Positions 63,219 through 64,000 of a stretch of 64,000 nt of DNA are shown here, one piece after another. A program made the translations under genes and the position numbers. This DNA is from Podarcis tiliguerta (taxonomy: Eukaryota). Position 1 is the first letter of the stretch. Every line of letters starts with the position of its first letter. The DNA lies in NCBI GenBank assembly GCA_965153285.1, contig OZ229115.1. One strand, 5' to 3'. The notes beneath the pieces were generated by a model. It was not told where the DNA came from and made no database searches. It worked only from the letters and a program-made list of their open reading frames with translations.

Positions 63219-64000
63219 GTTAGGAGGACTTTAAGTCACACTTTCCTGCAGACTGTGAGAAAGGGCTTCAAGCCTATAGTGAAAGATGAAGAAAGAAAAC
63301 CTTTCCCGTGCTGAGTGTTTGTCGGTCATGGCAAAGGGGCAACTTAGAGGACTGAGAACATAGGCATATTGACAATAATTTGCTTGAATGTAACTGGAAT
63401 TAACTCATCTTTTTATTTATAATTATATCTCCCTGCCAATAAAGGCAGGAAAAAATGAGCAAACCTAATAAAGAAGAACATAAAGGGCAATAGATAAGCA
63501 GGGCATAGTAAGGTAGGTAACTTTCTGAAAACTGGGGATACCTTTTTAAAGCATCTTATCTCTGCAAGCCACCAAGAAACAAGGTTTTACTGCACATTTC
63601 TTCCATGGCCATCGGTATATTACTGTCATTGCAAAGCCACCACAAGTGGAGTAGTCTGTATCATCTTAGCATCTGCACAGCATTATGCACGTCACATCAT
63701 TCCCACTTTTGAGGGGATGGCGTACAGAAGTTAATCCCCCAGTATTTTCTTTTCTGCCTAAAGAGCCAGAACTACTGAGTATGGAGTTCTGATGTAGATG
63801 CACCTGTAAAGAGTGTGCAAATGGGGCTTCAAAGCTAGTGATTGAGGAATAGTATGAGCTAGAGGAGAGAGATGTGAGCAGGCACCAAGATGTGGGTCTA
63901 AAACTGCTCCCTAAGACTAAGGATAACTGGGAGAGGACAAGACATACCTTACTCTGTAATACATCCCCCCCACCCCACCCCCACACATTAATTTGTTTTT

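Overview
Vertebrate genomic DNA, most likely a squamate and probably a lacertid lizard (inferred from Sauria SINEs, Squam3-type SINEs, BovB, CR1 3' ends, and hAT/mariner MITEs). Most ORF-track entries are noise because the genes are spliced; all exon models below were built by hand from GT-AG boundaries and checked for phase. Positions 1-16.5 kb are repeat-rich and contain no gene I can identify. Positions 16.5-64 kb hold six genes in three head-to-head pairs: [ZPBP-like (-) / SNAPC2 (+)], [PIF1 (-) / CFAP144=FAM183A (+)] and [EBNA1BP2 (-) / CFAP57=WDR65 (+), which runs off the window end]. Each shared CpG-rich promoter carries an RFX X-box-like motif. The main find is an intact 10-exon, ~547-aa gene at 24928..16588 (-), nearly invisible in the ORF track. 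It encodes signal peptide + Ig domain + ZPBP/sp38-like Cys-rich region + an extra Cys-rich repeat + a transmembrane helix + a cytoplasmic tail with five 16-aa repeats carrying acidic-dileucine-like sorting motifs. It looks like a membrane-anchored third paralog of the zona pellucida-binding proteins, whose known members ZPBP1/ZPBP2 have no C-terminal TM. Protein family calls rest on remembered sequences, not a database search.
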